Position numbers and translations under genes: made by a program | Shown here: piece by piece, positions 24,151 through 36,308 of the stretch | How the letters are laid out: each line of letters starts with the position of its first letter | Numbering within the stretch: the first letter of the stretch is position 1 | Source: Raillietiella orientalis | Taxonomy: Eukaryota | DNA length: 64,000 bases | Direction: 5' to 3' | NCBI GenBank assembly: GCA_036172245.1 | Contig: JAYWIR010000012.1 | Location: 1,612,001 to 1,676,000, forward strand | Notes under the pieces: generated by a model | Told to the model about the DNA's origin: nothing | Seen by the model: only the letters and a program-made list of their open reading frames with translations | The model's database searches: none

Positions 24151-27039
24151 GGATGCAAGAGGAATCCCACAGTGGTCCAGTTTCCACGCTAGACGGTCCT
24201 CTAAAACGTCAGATCAGAAGGGAGAACGACTCGAAACGCCATGGATACACCGAGACGTAGCACCGATTGGAAATTCTATGAAAGTATTGGCATCCCTGCG
24301 ATGTCCGTCCTAGGTGGGAGGCACTCATTGATGAATTCAGACCCCATGCTTTCCATTTTTCATTTCATGTGGCATGAAAGAACTGCACTTGGTCCATGAA
24401 TCTTCACTTTTGGAACTCTGCACGTTAAATCGATTTCTTGATGGCACTTCGGTGGGGTCCAGTCTGTCTAACGAAACAAATCCCTTCCCGATTTGACCCA
24501 GAAGGTAGAATCGAGCTGCTTTGCCCTAGGCCGTGAGCATAATGCAATCTTCGATTGGTGGGTCTACACCAGCTCAGCTGCGTTCGTATTGAGCATCGAC
24601 GAATACTGCTGAGTAATTGGATTCGAAGTTGGCTCCCCCCAACGGCATTTGGAAGCTGCAAAGAGTGGAAATCTTGGAACGATGGCAGTGAGCTCATAAT
24701 GAGTCCGTAGCAAACTGATGGACTCTGATGCTGAGGGCGCGGAAAAAGCGATTTCGACAGCACTAAAATCATGGACCATTTTTGCACTAATAGGGGCTTT
24801 CATTGGTACGTTCACCTATCACTTTCTCTACCTGTGAACGGCATGGAGCTTTGCTCAAAAGTCTTCCTGGCTCTTTGCCAGGATGTGAACATGGGCACTG
24901 TTCCAGATCATTCGCCAGAGATTTAAGATCGACACAAACGTGCCCAAAGGCTGACCTATTCCTCCACATGAGCTCTACGGAACCTCTTTGACGCTTTTGC
25001 CAATCACCAAGATCTGGCAGCAGCTCCAGGTAATCTCATTCTTCCAAATCTCTTCGTACGAACCGTCCATCAGCCCCCTGCTTTCCGGGAAGTTTAAACC
25101 TAACGACTCCAGAACGTCAGGAACTGCTCTGCAGTAGTGGTTGGGTGCCAGCTTCTTTGCCGGACGAGTCTTGGATCACTTCTTGGAGTATCCTGACTTC
25201 CACAGCCACCGTTTCCGTTCTGTCACCATTGCGCAGGAACAGGCTGCCGAACGGAATTTTTTTTATATGTCACGGGGGTGGTATCACAACAGAGCAGCAG
25301 CTATAAGAACGAGACTTCGGCACGTAGAGGCGGAAAGTCCGGAATCCTCATCAACTGATGGGTTGTCATCGAAGAGTACCCCGCAATTTGAAAATAAAAC
25401 TCGACGTGCAATTCTTGGTCAATTGCTTGCGCAAGTGGCGAGGGGCGAGCGCATTCTGAATCTTTGCATCTTCCCACGTCTCCTCAAGGATCAGGTAGGA
25501 TCTTGGTTGCAAATGGTTCCTGCTTACTCCGAGCACCCTTTAAAGAGAAAAGGATTGGTTGTGGAGGTCAATGCGAACCTGGCAGACAAATGTTGTCATT
25601 CAAAGGTGCGGCAAGTAGCGCCATGATGGAGTGCTTGTTAAGAGGATGGTGCCAGTGGTAGAGGTGACCGGATCGAAAACTGATCTGAGCATCCTTTTGA
25701 AACCACCTGACAAACGTCACAGGCGCTGAAAGGGTGGTCCCCAAACCCCGATATGTCTCAAGGATTCACTTCCTGGACAGCTGACTCGGATCGAGTCGGA
25801 TAGACAAAATTTTTCGCCCGTTTACGCGAAAGTGTTTATTCAATGAAAAATAAACCAGTCAGGAACACGGTTCCCGACCAAAGACAAAGGAAGTTCAGGA
25901 ACGAAAGATCGAAACTCGGGTTCGAATTCCTAAATGTCCGACGGAGAACAGAGAAACCAAGAAAGACGACGCTTGGTGTGGGGCGAGCTTATCACCCAGA
26001 GAACGAAGAATGAGCTACCATCCAGAAAAATAGGTATGACCGGACGAGAAGAATTCCTTCCCATTGTCATGGCAATTTTCCTGCCCTCAGTAATAGGATT
26101 TTCTTGTATCCTTAGTCTGTCGTGTGTGAAGAACTCGTGCTGGAAGGAATGGACACGACCTTCCTTATTCCTCGTTCGTAGTCACGGAAGCATCTCGCTC
26201 GTTCTCTTTGATTCTTCTTTGACAAGCATTTGGTTCCCGCTCCAGGAATCTGACTGACCATGTGTGGCCTCCACGTGTCCCTCTGCGGACCTGCTATCGC
26301 AGTAACGCACATGCGTGCTGCCCCATCCATCCATCTCTCGATACACCGGTGAGTTTGCAAATGGAAAGCTTCAACAAAAGCAGCAATAGATCCCGCTCCG
26401 GGGAAGCAGAGCTCATTCCCAAGGTTCGCAAAACGCTGCTTCTTCTCTTCGATGCAGAAGCTCTGGGAACGGATGTGACCAGCAGAGTGTGCGCAAGACA
26501 GAAACCCCTCAACAAGTTTCTGTCTGGACGGGGATCCGAATTGGATAAGCGAGGGCAGCGCTAATTTTTTCATTTTTTTTCAACACCTGATCAGAAGATC
26601 ACAAACTGGAGCGTGGTTCCAGGTGGAAGGGAGGAAAAGGAGAGGTGAAAAATGGGAAGAGGTGAGCGTAGGATGGGATTGCATTCCACGACATAAAAGG
26701 ATTCCGAACAATGCGAAAGCTCCTTAAGTATGCATTAGTTTGTGGTGCGGACGCGTTCCGGAGAGAAACCAATCAAGAATTCATCGGAGAAGCAGCGCAT
26801 TTGCATCTCAATGTTCCATTACGTCTCTCAGTCATCTCCATGTATGGGTAGCTCGCTTGCCCACATAGTAGGTTAAGTCTTCCCTGCCCCGAGTGAGCAC
26901 TGGAGCTGTGCGCTGCGGATCAATGCGAGTCGTTATCAAAGCAAACAGCATCCCCCATCTTCTGATTTCTCGGGAACGCTTAATTAAAAGCACCTCTCCT
27001 CGATGCACCGAACGGCGCGCTGCGCACAAATTTCCCCAA

Positions 27040-27218
27040 CTCACTGGACAAAAAAATAGGGAAATAATGGGATGTCCCGAGCAGCGTGGAAAATCGAACG
27101 CCCCGGCGAAGAGCAGAGAGTGGAGCGAGAGTGGGTGTGACGCCAGGGCGTCGCTCCGAGTGGACATGCAGCATCGAATTTCACAGAGAAGCCGCGAAGC
27201 AAAGGGATCAGAAGAAAT
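27040..27218. repeat. ~180-bp direct repeat, left copy (partner 30827-31006)
   Basis: Identical 32-bp core CGAGAGTGGGTGTGACGCCAGGGCGTCGCTCC and colinear flanks. Confidence 0.9.
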
Positions 27219-30200
27219 TTTTCACTCGATGACGTCAGGGTGTTTAATTATGAAAAAAAAAAAAAAAATGGATTGGGAACGCCGTTCCCAGGAGCAACAG
27301 AAAGAAATTCAGAGAGAGCGGGCACCAGCACGCAAGTCGGCCTTTTAGGAAATCCCGGAGGGGGTCAATAAATAAATAAATAGGAGATAAGGACAGGGAT
27401 CTTTGGTAGAAGCCTCTTCTTCCTTCTCAGAATGGACGCGGAATGGCTGCGATCTCCGACTCTCCACTGAAGCCGAGTCGGGGATCGTCGGCATTCTTCC
27501 TGCAATCGAGGCCATCTGGCAGGCGTTCCCGTGAAGGCTGCTGCAACTCGGGTGCCTCCCTTCGCTGTGCCAGAGACTCCAGCATGTGGTGGGCTGTGAC
27601 GATGGCACGGATGCAGTATCTTGCTGTGATCACGGCGCTCCACCACAAAGCCTTCGCAGCAGGTCCATAATAGTGTCCCCGGAGTGCAGCAGTGCTGAAG
27701 GCAGCCTCCACCGTAGTACCTGGAGGGCACCGCAGTCTAACAGCAGGTGAGGGAACGATCCGATCGCCGCGCCTTGGATAGTTTGGGAGCGCAGCTCCCC
27801 CAGAAGAAAGTAACACTCTCTCTGGAGAGACTGGCGAGCGAGAATTCAGGGAAACGTCCAGTCTTCTTTCCATCCGGGGAGCCTGGGAGTTGCCTCTGGA
27901 AGGATTCTTAACATTGACTTTATGTGGGGGAATCAAGGATGGCGAAAACATTGAACAGAAAGAACTCCCCGGATCTCCCGTAAATAAAACGACTGTTCCG
28001 GAATTCTGTTCCATCAGGAGAATGGCGACTCCCATCTGCTCCCACTAGCCGTGTTTCCTTCATCCAAGGAGAGGAAATTTCCTCTTCCTCTACACGCCTG
28101 CCCATGGCGAATCCGCCTCCTTCTTAGCACCGGAATGCATTCCAATCAGAATCCTCGAGTTTACTCTTGGAGAGAAGCGTGCAACTTCGCTCTCCTCCTT
28201 GGAGCCGGTCTTCTTCCCGGTCCCAAGGAGGGCAGAGAAGGTGAGCCCTTAATACAAACCGACTGCTCGGTCGAACTGATTTCTCAGCTTCGTCGGTGCT
28301 TGATTTTTCCGGAACCGGAAAGACACATCCCAGAAGCTGATTTCTGAGGACCCACGATTCAACACGAGGCTTCCAGTTTTTCCGAAATGACAAAGAAGCA
28401 CCGGAGATGGGTGCCGCTCTTCAAGAAGGACGTGCACCTGTCGTTGCAAGCTCTGACTACCCTCCTCTCCCCTAATTGGGGGAACTCGAGCCCATCTTAG
28501 CGCGGTGGCAAACTCCATTTATCTCGGAGTGATGGGGAAGCAACTGAAAGAGTGACCAAGATGGTCCGCATCTTCGAGCGAAGAAAACGAGATCCCGCAT
28601 GCAAATCTGAGGAGAGCTCAACGATTCCTGTTACCAAAGACGAAGATGATGCATCTGGAGATCCATTGTTTTCGACCTCCGAGTGCTTCCAGGGAACAGA
28701 ATCAAGGAGTGAGGTTCCCTTGGAGGTTCCACGGTCCCCTTAGAGGAAGATCCTACATCTCGTACCATGGAGATGGTGGATTGATGATGTCTCTCCAGGG
28801 CGCATAAGGGCTTCCGAGAAATTTCGGTAGTGCCTTCGAGGTTTTCTTCAGAGGAGCAAATAAGAGCGGTTCCCTTGCGGGTTCCCTCTGGAGAAGAAAT
28901 TCCTAATAGAGGATCCTTTTGGGGTTCGCTTTGGAAAAGAAAAATGAAGGGGATCCCTTCGGGGGTCTTTCCAGATAGAAGAAGAAAAGGAATTCCCTTC
29001 GAGGATACCTCCCTGGCGTGAGAGGAACGGACTTCCTTCACTGGTGTCCTTCCGGGATTCATAGGGTGGTCCCCTCCCGGGGTACCCCCTATCTTGAAGA
29101 ATACACGGACCCTCGGATGGCGTGAAACAACGTTAAAGAGCTCCGTGGCCTCCAGGCGCGCGACTGTTCTTGAGGTATTCAGCGACCAAAAAAAGCTGAA
29201 AGCAATTAAATTTAAAATTTATTTAGTTAATACTAAAAATATTTTAACACATTTTATACAGCGAAGACAGACCCCTTGTGAAAGGCCATTGTCTTCCACC
29301 TGACCTTAGTGATGACGTCGGATGCTGTCCTCAGTCTGACTGCCGAGCTTATTCAGCGACTGGCTCAAGCCGACGAGGGATGAAACCAAATGGGAAGAAA
29401 CTCAGCCTACGGCGAACCTTCATCCAGGAGGGGTCAAGCAGCTTCGTGGGACTTTCGCGTTGAGAGCTGGAGGATCAAATCCAGTCAACATCTGCTTGCC
29501 TGGCGGTTGAAAGCTTGGCCTGCCAGGAAACCGAACCGCTTGGAAGGGGTCGGATTCCAGGTTCGACTCCTGCGCAGAGGACGCAGACCGACAAGCAAGT
29601 CATGGTCTCCGTGGAAGGCGAAAGGGACGGATGAGCGCTCTGCGGCGCCTCGTTAAGTCGCTCGCAAGATGCAAAGAGCAGCATCATGTAGTCGTATCTC
29701 TCACCGTCCGACCCGTCCGCCGATCAGCCTTCCAAGGAGGCAGACGGACCTCCAACCGACCACACGGACCCTTCCGCTGCTGCAAGCACTGCAGAGACCA
29801 CAGTCCTCTAGACGAGCTGAGACAATGGGGTGGGCCGCCTGTCTTCGGATCCGTTCCATACCAGATGAGTTGAAAAGACGGAGACAGTTAGCCGAATGTC
29901 CGGGAGCTCGACTCGAACTGGGCCCTTCCATAAGCTTCCTGCAGTTACATTTCGAGGAACACGCTCTCTGATGTGATTTGTGCCAAGCTCGGTGATTCTT
30001 CTGCGCTGGTGTGCACTTTGTTTGGTGCAGCTGCAATTCACGTATTCTGAAACTCTTTCTCCAAGAGTGAACCCACATTTCTGGCCGGCTGGAGTCCAGG
30101 AACGCGCCTTTTGATCTGACAGTTCCGCATCAAGATGTACGTGAAAAAAAAAAAACATCAACCACAAATGGATGCTAGAGCAGAGAGATTCTCGTTCCAG

Positions 30201-30826
30201 ATGCAGTAAACAAGTCTCTTTGCCTGCAGTTCGAGAAAACGAGGTAACCGCCAATTTTCGAGAGGCATATGATCAGCCCCCCGGGAGGCGGAATTTCTTC
30301 GTGTGCTGGCTGCTGCAGGAAGAACACTGAGATAAGAACGTGCACTCTCCAGCAAAACTTTCCCCCGGGTTACCAGGGAGATGAAATCGATCCAGGAGGA
30401 AAAAGGCAGCAGCGCCGCTAGGCCGCTCATGCCATCGTGTCTTTCCGCGTCGAAGAACAACTTGCAATAATGCAATCAAGGAAGCTGTCGGTTACTCATC
30501 CCAGCTGGAAAACTTGAGGGAGAGGATGCCATGAATGATGATTTTCCGATGAGGCTTAGGATGCCTTCTCCAGGAGCTGGGGCTCTCAGGAGTTTGGAGT
30601 CATGTTTCAATGATGTCCTATTCGAGGTCGCTCTTCGATCACACGCGGACTGGGACTTAGAGTTCCATGCGTACGGGCATGAACGGATGTGATGGGGCGT
30701 CCTTTTGAATGACCTCAGGGTCGGTTGCGTTGGTTTCCTGGAAAGGATGCGAAAGCCGAGGCGTTTCAGCCCAGATGCGTTCTTCTTCAACAACGCTTAG
30801 GCTCTGAAGCAAGCGAATGTCTTTGT
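27219..30826 (-). mobile_element. LINE subfamily A, apparently long but internally deleted (ORF1 remnant, endonuclease, no RT, C-terminus, 3' UTR)
   Basis: PGHSANC knuckle-like motif (~29890), EISFWDV (~28345), GVAILL (~28030), A-type C-terminus AAAFTGTPARWPRLQEE (~27500). Decayed terminus AATTAAACACCCTGACGTCATCGAGTGAAA at 27220-27249. Confidence 0.55.
28790..29200 (+). mobile_element. tRNA-derived SINE, copy 6 (3' half only)
   Basis: Aligns with 4890-5280 and with the reverse complement of 61870-62400. Ends at the first A-tract. Confidence 0.8.
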
Positions 30827-31006
30827 CTCGCTAGGGAAAAAAAAAATAGGGAAACAATGGGATGGCCCGAGAGGCGTGGAAAATCGACCGCCCCAGTGAA
30901 GCGCAGAGCGTGAAACGAGAGTGGGTGTGACGCCAGGGCGTCGCTCCAAGGGGACATGCAGCATCGAATTTCACAAAGTCACGAAGCAAGGAGATCAGAA
31001 GAAAAT
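30827..31006. repeat. ~180-bp direct repeat, right copy (partner 27040-27218)
   Basis: Same 32-bp identical core and colinear flanks as 27040-27218. Confidence 0.9.
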
Positions 31007-31011
31007 GGGGC

Positions 31012-32200
31012 TTTTTCATCCGGTGACGCTGGGGCATTCGTCACTTGCTAGAAAGTAGACAAGGGAAGAGTCGGCGGGACGTCACGTGCCGCCAAGCTAG
31101 GCAATCCGAAGGAGAGGTCCGCAACGGGTCATAGAGGGGAGGGAAAGGGGTCACGGCCCATGACGTTGGATCCTACGCATACTCTCCAGGATGCTAGCGA
31201 GCTTTTCTTGATGGCTACTCAGGTGGGGGACCACCTCGAGACCGTCAGCAGGAACCGAGTGGCGAAGAGAACAGAGGTGCTTCCCGTCATTCCTGCCGTC
31301 CTCGGACCCGCAGCAGCCAGACTGTGAGCATGGTAGCTCGCATGAAGGCAGACTTTAGGCCGTTTCTGGGGACGTCCATCGGGACGGGAAGGAACGCGAA
31401 CATAACGCATAGCACGGAATGAAAGGGAGATGGGGGGATGGGATGAATTTTTCCTTTCCCCGCACCTGGAACAGTTTGGACTTACTCTCCCCTTCGTCTA
31501 GTGGTGATGCTTCCGTTGTATGGAAGTGGCCAATGCAACATCAGCAGCACCACTGAAGAAGAAGGAAGGGACTGTTTCTCATCATTGAAGACACCTTTAG
31601 AATGCCTTTTGAGTTTCCGAAGAGCTCTCCCCAGCGTGGAAGTTTATCGGGAGGCGCCGTAGGTTGCCGCAGAGTCAGAGAGCTGAATCGCTCTCCAGTC
31701 ACCAAGAGGTTTCCAGGGACCCTAGATCTCTTCGCCGGTAGGCAAGTGCCATGTACCTCGTGAATGGAGGGCATTGCTGCGGCGATGGGGGTTGATTCCG
31801 GGTGGCCTAACATGATCAACTCGCTGTCCACCTCTTTCGTTATGCTTCGCAGAAACTATTTGCGAAGCGAAAGTCTTTGCACCAGCTTTCAAGATGTGAA
31901 GAAATCAGCTCCTTTGAAAGATGAGGGACTGCCCCCTCGTACCAGAACGCTCCCTCTGACTAGTGAGGAGCACCCATTCTTGGAGTGAAAATCAAGCAGA
32001 TAATGGAGGTCAGCTCCCTCCCTGGTACTGTCTTTGCACGCACAAGGGGAAGTACTCCGCCCCACCGTTTCGCTGCTTCCAGCACCCTGCCTTCTCTTAC
32101 CTTTCCTTTTCGTGTTCGTCGTTGGCAGCTGACAGCTGACTCGTCTTTGTGTCCGAATTCATCCATTTTCCTGAACCACGAAATCCTCTACCTCTCGACG
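31012..32200 (-). mobile_element. 5'-truncated LINE subfamily B
   Basis: ORF 31541..31831(-) (SELIMLGHP...TCLPAK...RWGELF) is homologous to 35966..36277(-). Terminus GAATGCCCCAGCGTCACCGGATGAAAA. Confidence 0.7.
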
Positions 32201-34483
32201 GAATGTGATCGTGCGAAGAGATAATTAGTGGTCACAAGTGTCAGATGTCGCAACTCAGGCCGATGGCAGCCAGCACCGGTATGCTCTCTGCTGGATCCAG
32301 ATGCCTGTGAGAAGAGGGGAAAACGACTCGCGTTCCCAAAAGACTATGCAGCTTCTAAGTGAACTGTGGGAATCTCACTGCAGTCTTTCGACGCGACCAA
32401 CTGAATCGAGGACGAGCATCTGTCCAGAGAACCTTTGCCAAGAACTTTGCAGTATGAAAAAAATCATCACGTCCGGAGCCCAGTGTCACCTCTATGCCAC
32501 ACGATGCCACCACGTCCGGGTAGAGGCATCCTCTCAGAGAGCAAAGACAAGATGAGGAACACCAGATATTGCTACTTTCCCTAGAGGTGATGGAAGGTGT
32601 CTCTCGGTCCTGAAGGTCAGGTGTCTGCCTCGACGCGTGCGTTTCGGTAAAATCCACTGAAACACGCTCCTTCGTAAATCCGCGTCCACTCTTTGGCCAT
32701 CCGAGAACGTTGCCGCATGATCTGTAATGGATTCTTTTTGCACATTCTTTGTGCTGCACATCTGTCAGCAGTCGCTTGTGCAATCGATGGGCGCAAACGC
32801 GTTTCTGAATAACGAGACGAAGGTTCAGGAAAGGACAGCAACAGGAAAAAAAACGAATCCGCCTTGGGATCCCAGTTGGATTCCTTGTTGAACCGTCACT
32901 TATCTGCTCATCTTAGGCCTGTTTACTTTTTTTTTCTAGTATCCCGAAGATGCAGGAGCAGTGATGCTGACAGCTTTCTTGCGCGCCGCGAGACCAAAAG
33001 GCCTTCCGAAAATCGAAATTCGCGGTTCGCTCGTCCTGCCTCGTTTGAGGTACAGAAGATGCAAGAGAAGGCGGGCTTGGATCTCTCCTAAGCTAGGATG
33101 TGGCTGCATCTGACACTGACTGTAGCAGAGATGACTTGCTGCTACTTTTAGTGTTTAGCTAAACCCTTGTTTGCCTCCAGATCAAACTGGGCAGAGAAAG
33201 CTCTCAGTTCTTCAGTGTCAGAAGAATACCCGAGGTTCTGGCCTTTGCAACTATAGTGGGGCTCATATGAAATCCGGGAAAATTCCCGTGGAGCGGGAAC
33301 CTTGGAGCCTGCGGAGGCACGGATTTCTTAAATGACTCGAGTGAATTCCCGGCGACTGCTGCGGTTTTACTAGCCGAGGAGCTCCGTGACTCTCAAACGA
33401 AGAGTACAACTAGGAGACAGGAGTGCCTATTGTACTAGGATACATCCCTGAAACTTCGGACTCAGAGCACCTGAGACAATGATATCGCTCCATTAGCTTC
33501 TTCGTTTATTCTTTCTGTGTTAGAGAGAAGCCTACACACCATAACTCCTTGCATTCTCGGAACGCCAGTCTGGCATCCTGGAAGTCAACAGTGGCTCCCT
33601 AAGACACCCTAAGACACCGCCTCATGCTAGCACGATGCAGGGTGTAGTTTCTTTGTGGGTTCGAAGAACGATAGCAGCTGCGAAAGGCTTCATTGGAAGA
33701 TGAACAGGAAATTGAGAGAACGTAGACAGCAAAACTCTGAAGAGTTCAAGAATTCCTGGATACTTTTCTTTGCCGTCTGATTGCTGCATGCACGTGTGCT
33801 CGTGTGTGCCCAAGTAGGAACACTCAATGAATAATGCGCGCGTCTTCAGAAACTGCATAGCCCATGGTCGATGCAAAAGAGAATCCCTAAAACGGGATCG
33901 GAACAGGAAAAGAAACGCCTTCTTGCTCAAGCCACTTTCCTTTTCTTACTGCAGGTACAGTTTCGACTTTTGAGTCTCTGTGGGAAATCATGGATCCGTC
34001 ACTGGTGTGCTGCGGCACCCCACATCCTCCGGCGATGCATGGGAGCGCAGGAATTCTTTCGCTGCTTCCGTATAACCCACATAGGGGAACTGGATTTTGC
34101 TACCCCCTGAGGCATCCATCCTTATTTCTGGTAGCTCACCGTGGATCTCCTGTCTCTACAAACACTAAGACGACTGGCGGGGGCAAACACTGTAGTCCTG
34201 GGTTGCAATTCTGGAACTGCTCCCAGAGGTACTTCGTCCCTATGAAAACTGCCAGGAGATATACTGCAGAAATGGATGCAGTGATCCCAGATGGCCGTCA
34301 CATCCCTTTTCGCAGCACTTTCTGCCCTCAGAACAAACGATGATAGCAGCCAACCGTTTGGGTGAGAGCTGTCCCGTAAAATTGCAGGAGTCTGGAAACT
34401 CCTTGACGGCTGCAAGACGAGAGAGCTGATCACCGCCGCCACTTTTCCGGTGGAGGAACTCCTTCGGTAGAGCGACCTGGTGG

Positions 34484-34844
34484 TTCAACACCTGGCGACG
34501 CCGGGTGTTATTATAAAAATAATCAACATACATATGTAGGGCCATCGGCCCCACACCGTCTGAAAATGCTCGGAACCTGCCGAGTAACCGGCACGCAGGC
34601 CGGAGAGGTTCGCCTCGGCAGGCAGAGGTGGGAGGAGCAAACAAAAATAAAAATGAAATAAAAATCAATAAAAAAAAACTCTAGGGATACTACGGAAGGG
34701 GATCACTGTCTGCTAGAGGGCGTCCTCTGCATCTTTTCCCGGATACTGGCAAGTTCCATCCGAGTATGTCCCAGGTGGGACCATCTAGCTGCCGCCTGCA
34801 AGAAGCGCAGGGCGAAGCAGATGGCGTCGCTATCCTCGACAGGA
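34484..34844 (-). mobile_element. LINE subfamily B 3' end nested in A
   Basis: Homologous to 22540-22810. Terminus ATAATAACACCCGGCGTCGCCAGGTGTTGAA. Confidence 0.8.
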
Positions 34845-34928
34845 GACCTCAGATCAGACAAGAGTACCCTCTGAATTTAAGCATATTAAGAAGCTGAGAA
34901 GAATCTAACCAGGATTCCCCTAATAAGG
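34845..34928 (+). pseudogene. Fragment of the extreme 5' end of eukaryotic LSU (25S/28S) rRNA, degenerate and non-functional
   Basis: GACCTCAGATCAGACAAGAGTACCCTCTGAATTTAAGCATATTAAGAAGCTGAGAAGAATCTAACCAGGATTCCCCTAATAA matches the conserved LSU start (ACCCGCTGAAYTTAAGCATATYAATAAGCGGAGGAAAAGAAACYAACxxGGATTCCCCTAGTAA). Confidence 0.9.
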
Positions 34929-35277
34929 GTGACCTGTTTGGTGTGCCCTCCGAAGAACTCGTGGTTCCTTCTCTGTGTGCAGACACCTCTGTGTTCCCGC
35001 TGCGTTGGAAATGTTCAGGATCTTCTGCTGTTGCCACAATGGGGACTCCAGTGCCATTAGCGCAAGCACCCGGTTTCCGGGGGAGTTGCCTCCCCGAACT
35101 GTTCCAGATGCGATGGAATCTTTCCCACATTCCCACACCTCCTGCTGAACTGCAGGAGAAAGTCACGGACATGTGGCGGGGACTTGCTTCAGCGGTCCGC
35201 CACCTGCGGGACACCAATGAGGACTTGCTGCGACGCTTCTTCACCGAAGGTGGGCTGACAGAGGCGCGATGACACGG

Positions 35278-36308
35278 TCTCACTCCCGGGTGTGACGGGG
35301 AGTTCATTCCTCTTGCAGGAGTTGATGGAGCCAAAAAGCTCAGATTCCAATCACTACATTAGGGAAAACGAGGGGGATCACGTGGTCCATCACGTACACG
35401 AAGGGGAAGGGGGATGAAGCAAAATTAGAACAAAAAGAAAACAAACTATAACAAACAATAAACGTCAACAAAACAATAAAGACAAAAAACAAAACAGAAA
35501 AAAAAATAAATTTGGGGGAAGGGAAGGGATCATTTTTATGATGGGCGAGGCCTCGAAATCCGTTGAAGGATGTCGGCGAGCTCCTCCTTCTCCCTTTCCA
35601 GTTGGGGACACCTCAAAGCTATCCGCATGAAGCGAATGGCGTGCAGGGCAGCCCCCTCGTCTCTCCGACCTCTCTCGGCGTGGCACTTCGCCGCGACGAC
35701 ACTGCGCACGCAGCACAGAGCTGCGATTGCGGCTGCGGGCGTCATGGCGTCCCACACGAAGAGGGACCTCAAAGAGTCTATGGAATCGTCCACGGGGTGT
35801 GGAGGGACGCAGAGAAACTTTCCCATAATTTCCGGAGAGCGACACACTGCACTATGAGGTGGGGGAAAGTCTCCTTCTCTCCACACCTGGCACAATTGGG
35901 CGATGCGCTTCCCCTCGTCCAGTGGTGCCGGAGCGCATTGCACGGAAGACCCCAGTGCAGTATCATCAGCGCCGATTGCTGCCACGCGAGGGGAAGCAGC
36001 TTTCTATCCATAAACACGGGGGCACTTCCAACTCTTCAGGCTGAATGAAGAAGAGTTCTCCCCAACGTTCCAGTCCTTTGGAGACGGTTCTTGCTGTTTC
36101 CGCGTCAACCAGCTGCCGCGGAGTCCAGCCACCGATAGGCTTCCTGCAGGTCGAGATCTCATAGGAAACCTTCCATTTCGACGGTAGGCAGGTGGCATGT
36201 ACCCCGACAGTGGTGGACACCTCTGCGGCGAAGGGCGTGGCTGCTGGGTAGACCAACGTGGTCAGCTCACTACCCAATGCCTACAGTGTTCTTCCGCTGT
36301 TCTTCTCG
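35278..36308 (-). mobile_element. 5'-truncated LINE subfamily B nested in A
   Basis: ORF 35778..36017(-): ILHWGLPCNALRHHWTRGSASPNCARCGEKETFPHLIVQCVALRKLW (clear zf-RVT). Terminus GAATGAACTCCCCGTCACACCCGGGAGTGAGA. Confidence 0.88.

Noticed and set aside
29558..29572. Perfect T-arm/B-box CAGGTTCGACTCCTG
   Set aside because: No D-arm, anticodon arm or acceptor stem around it.
27040..31006. LTR retrotransposon interpretation of the 180-bp direct repeats
   Set aside because: No TG...CA ends, primer-binding site, polypurine tract or integrase motifs seen. The interior is LINE and SINE sequence.
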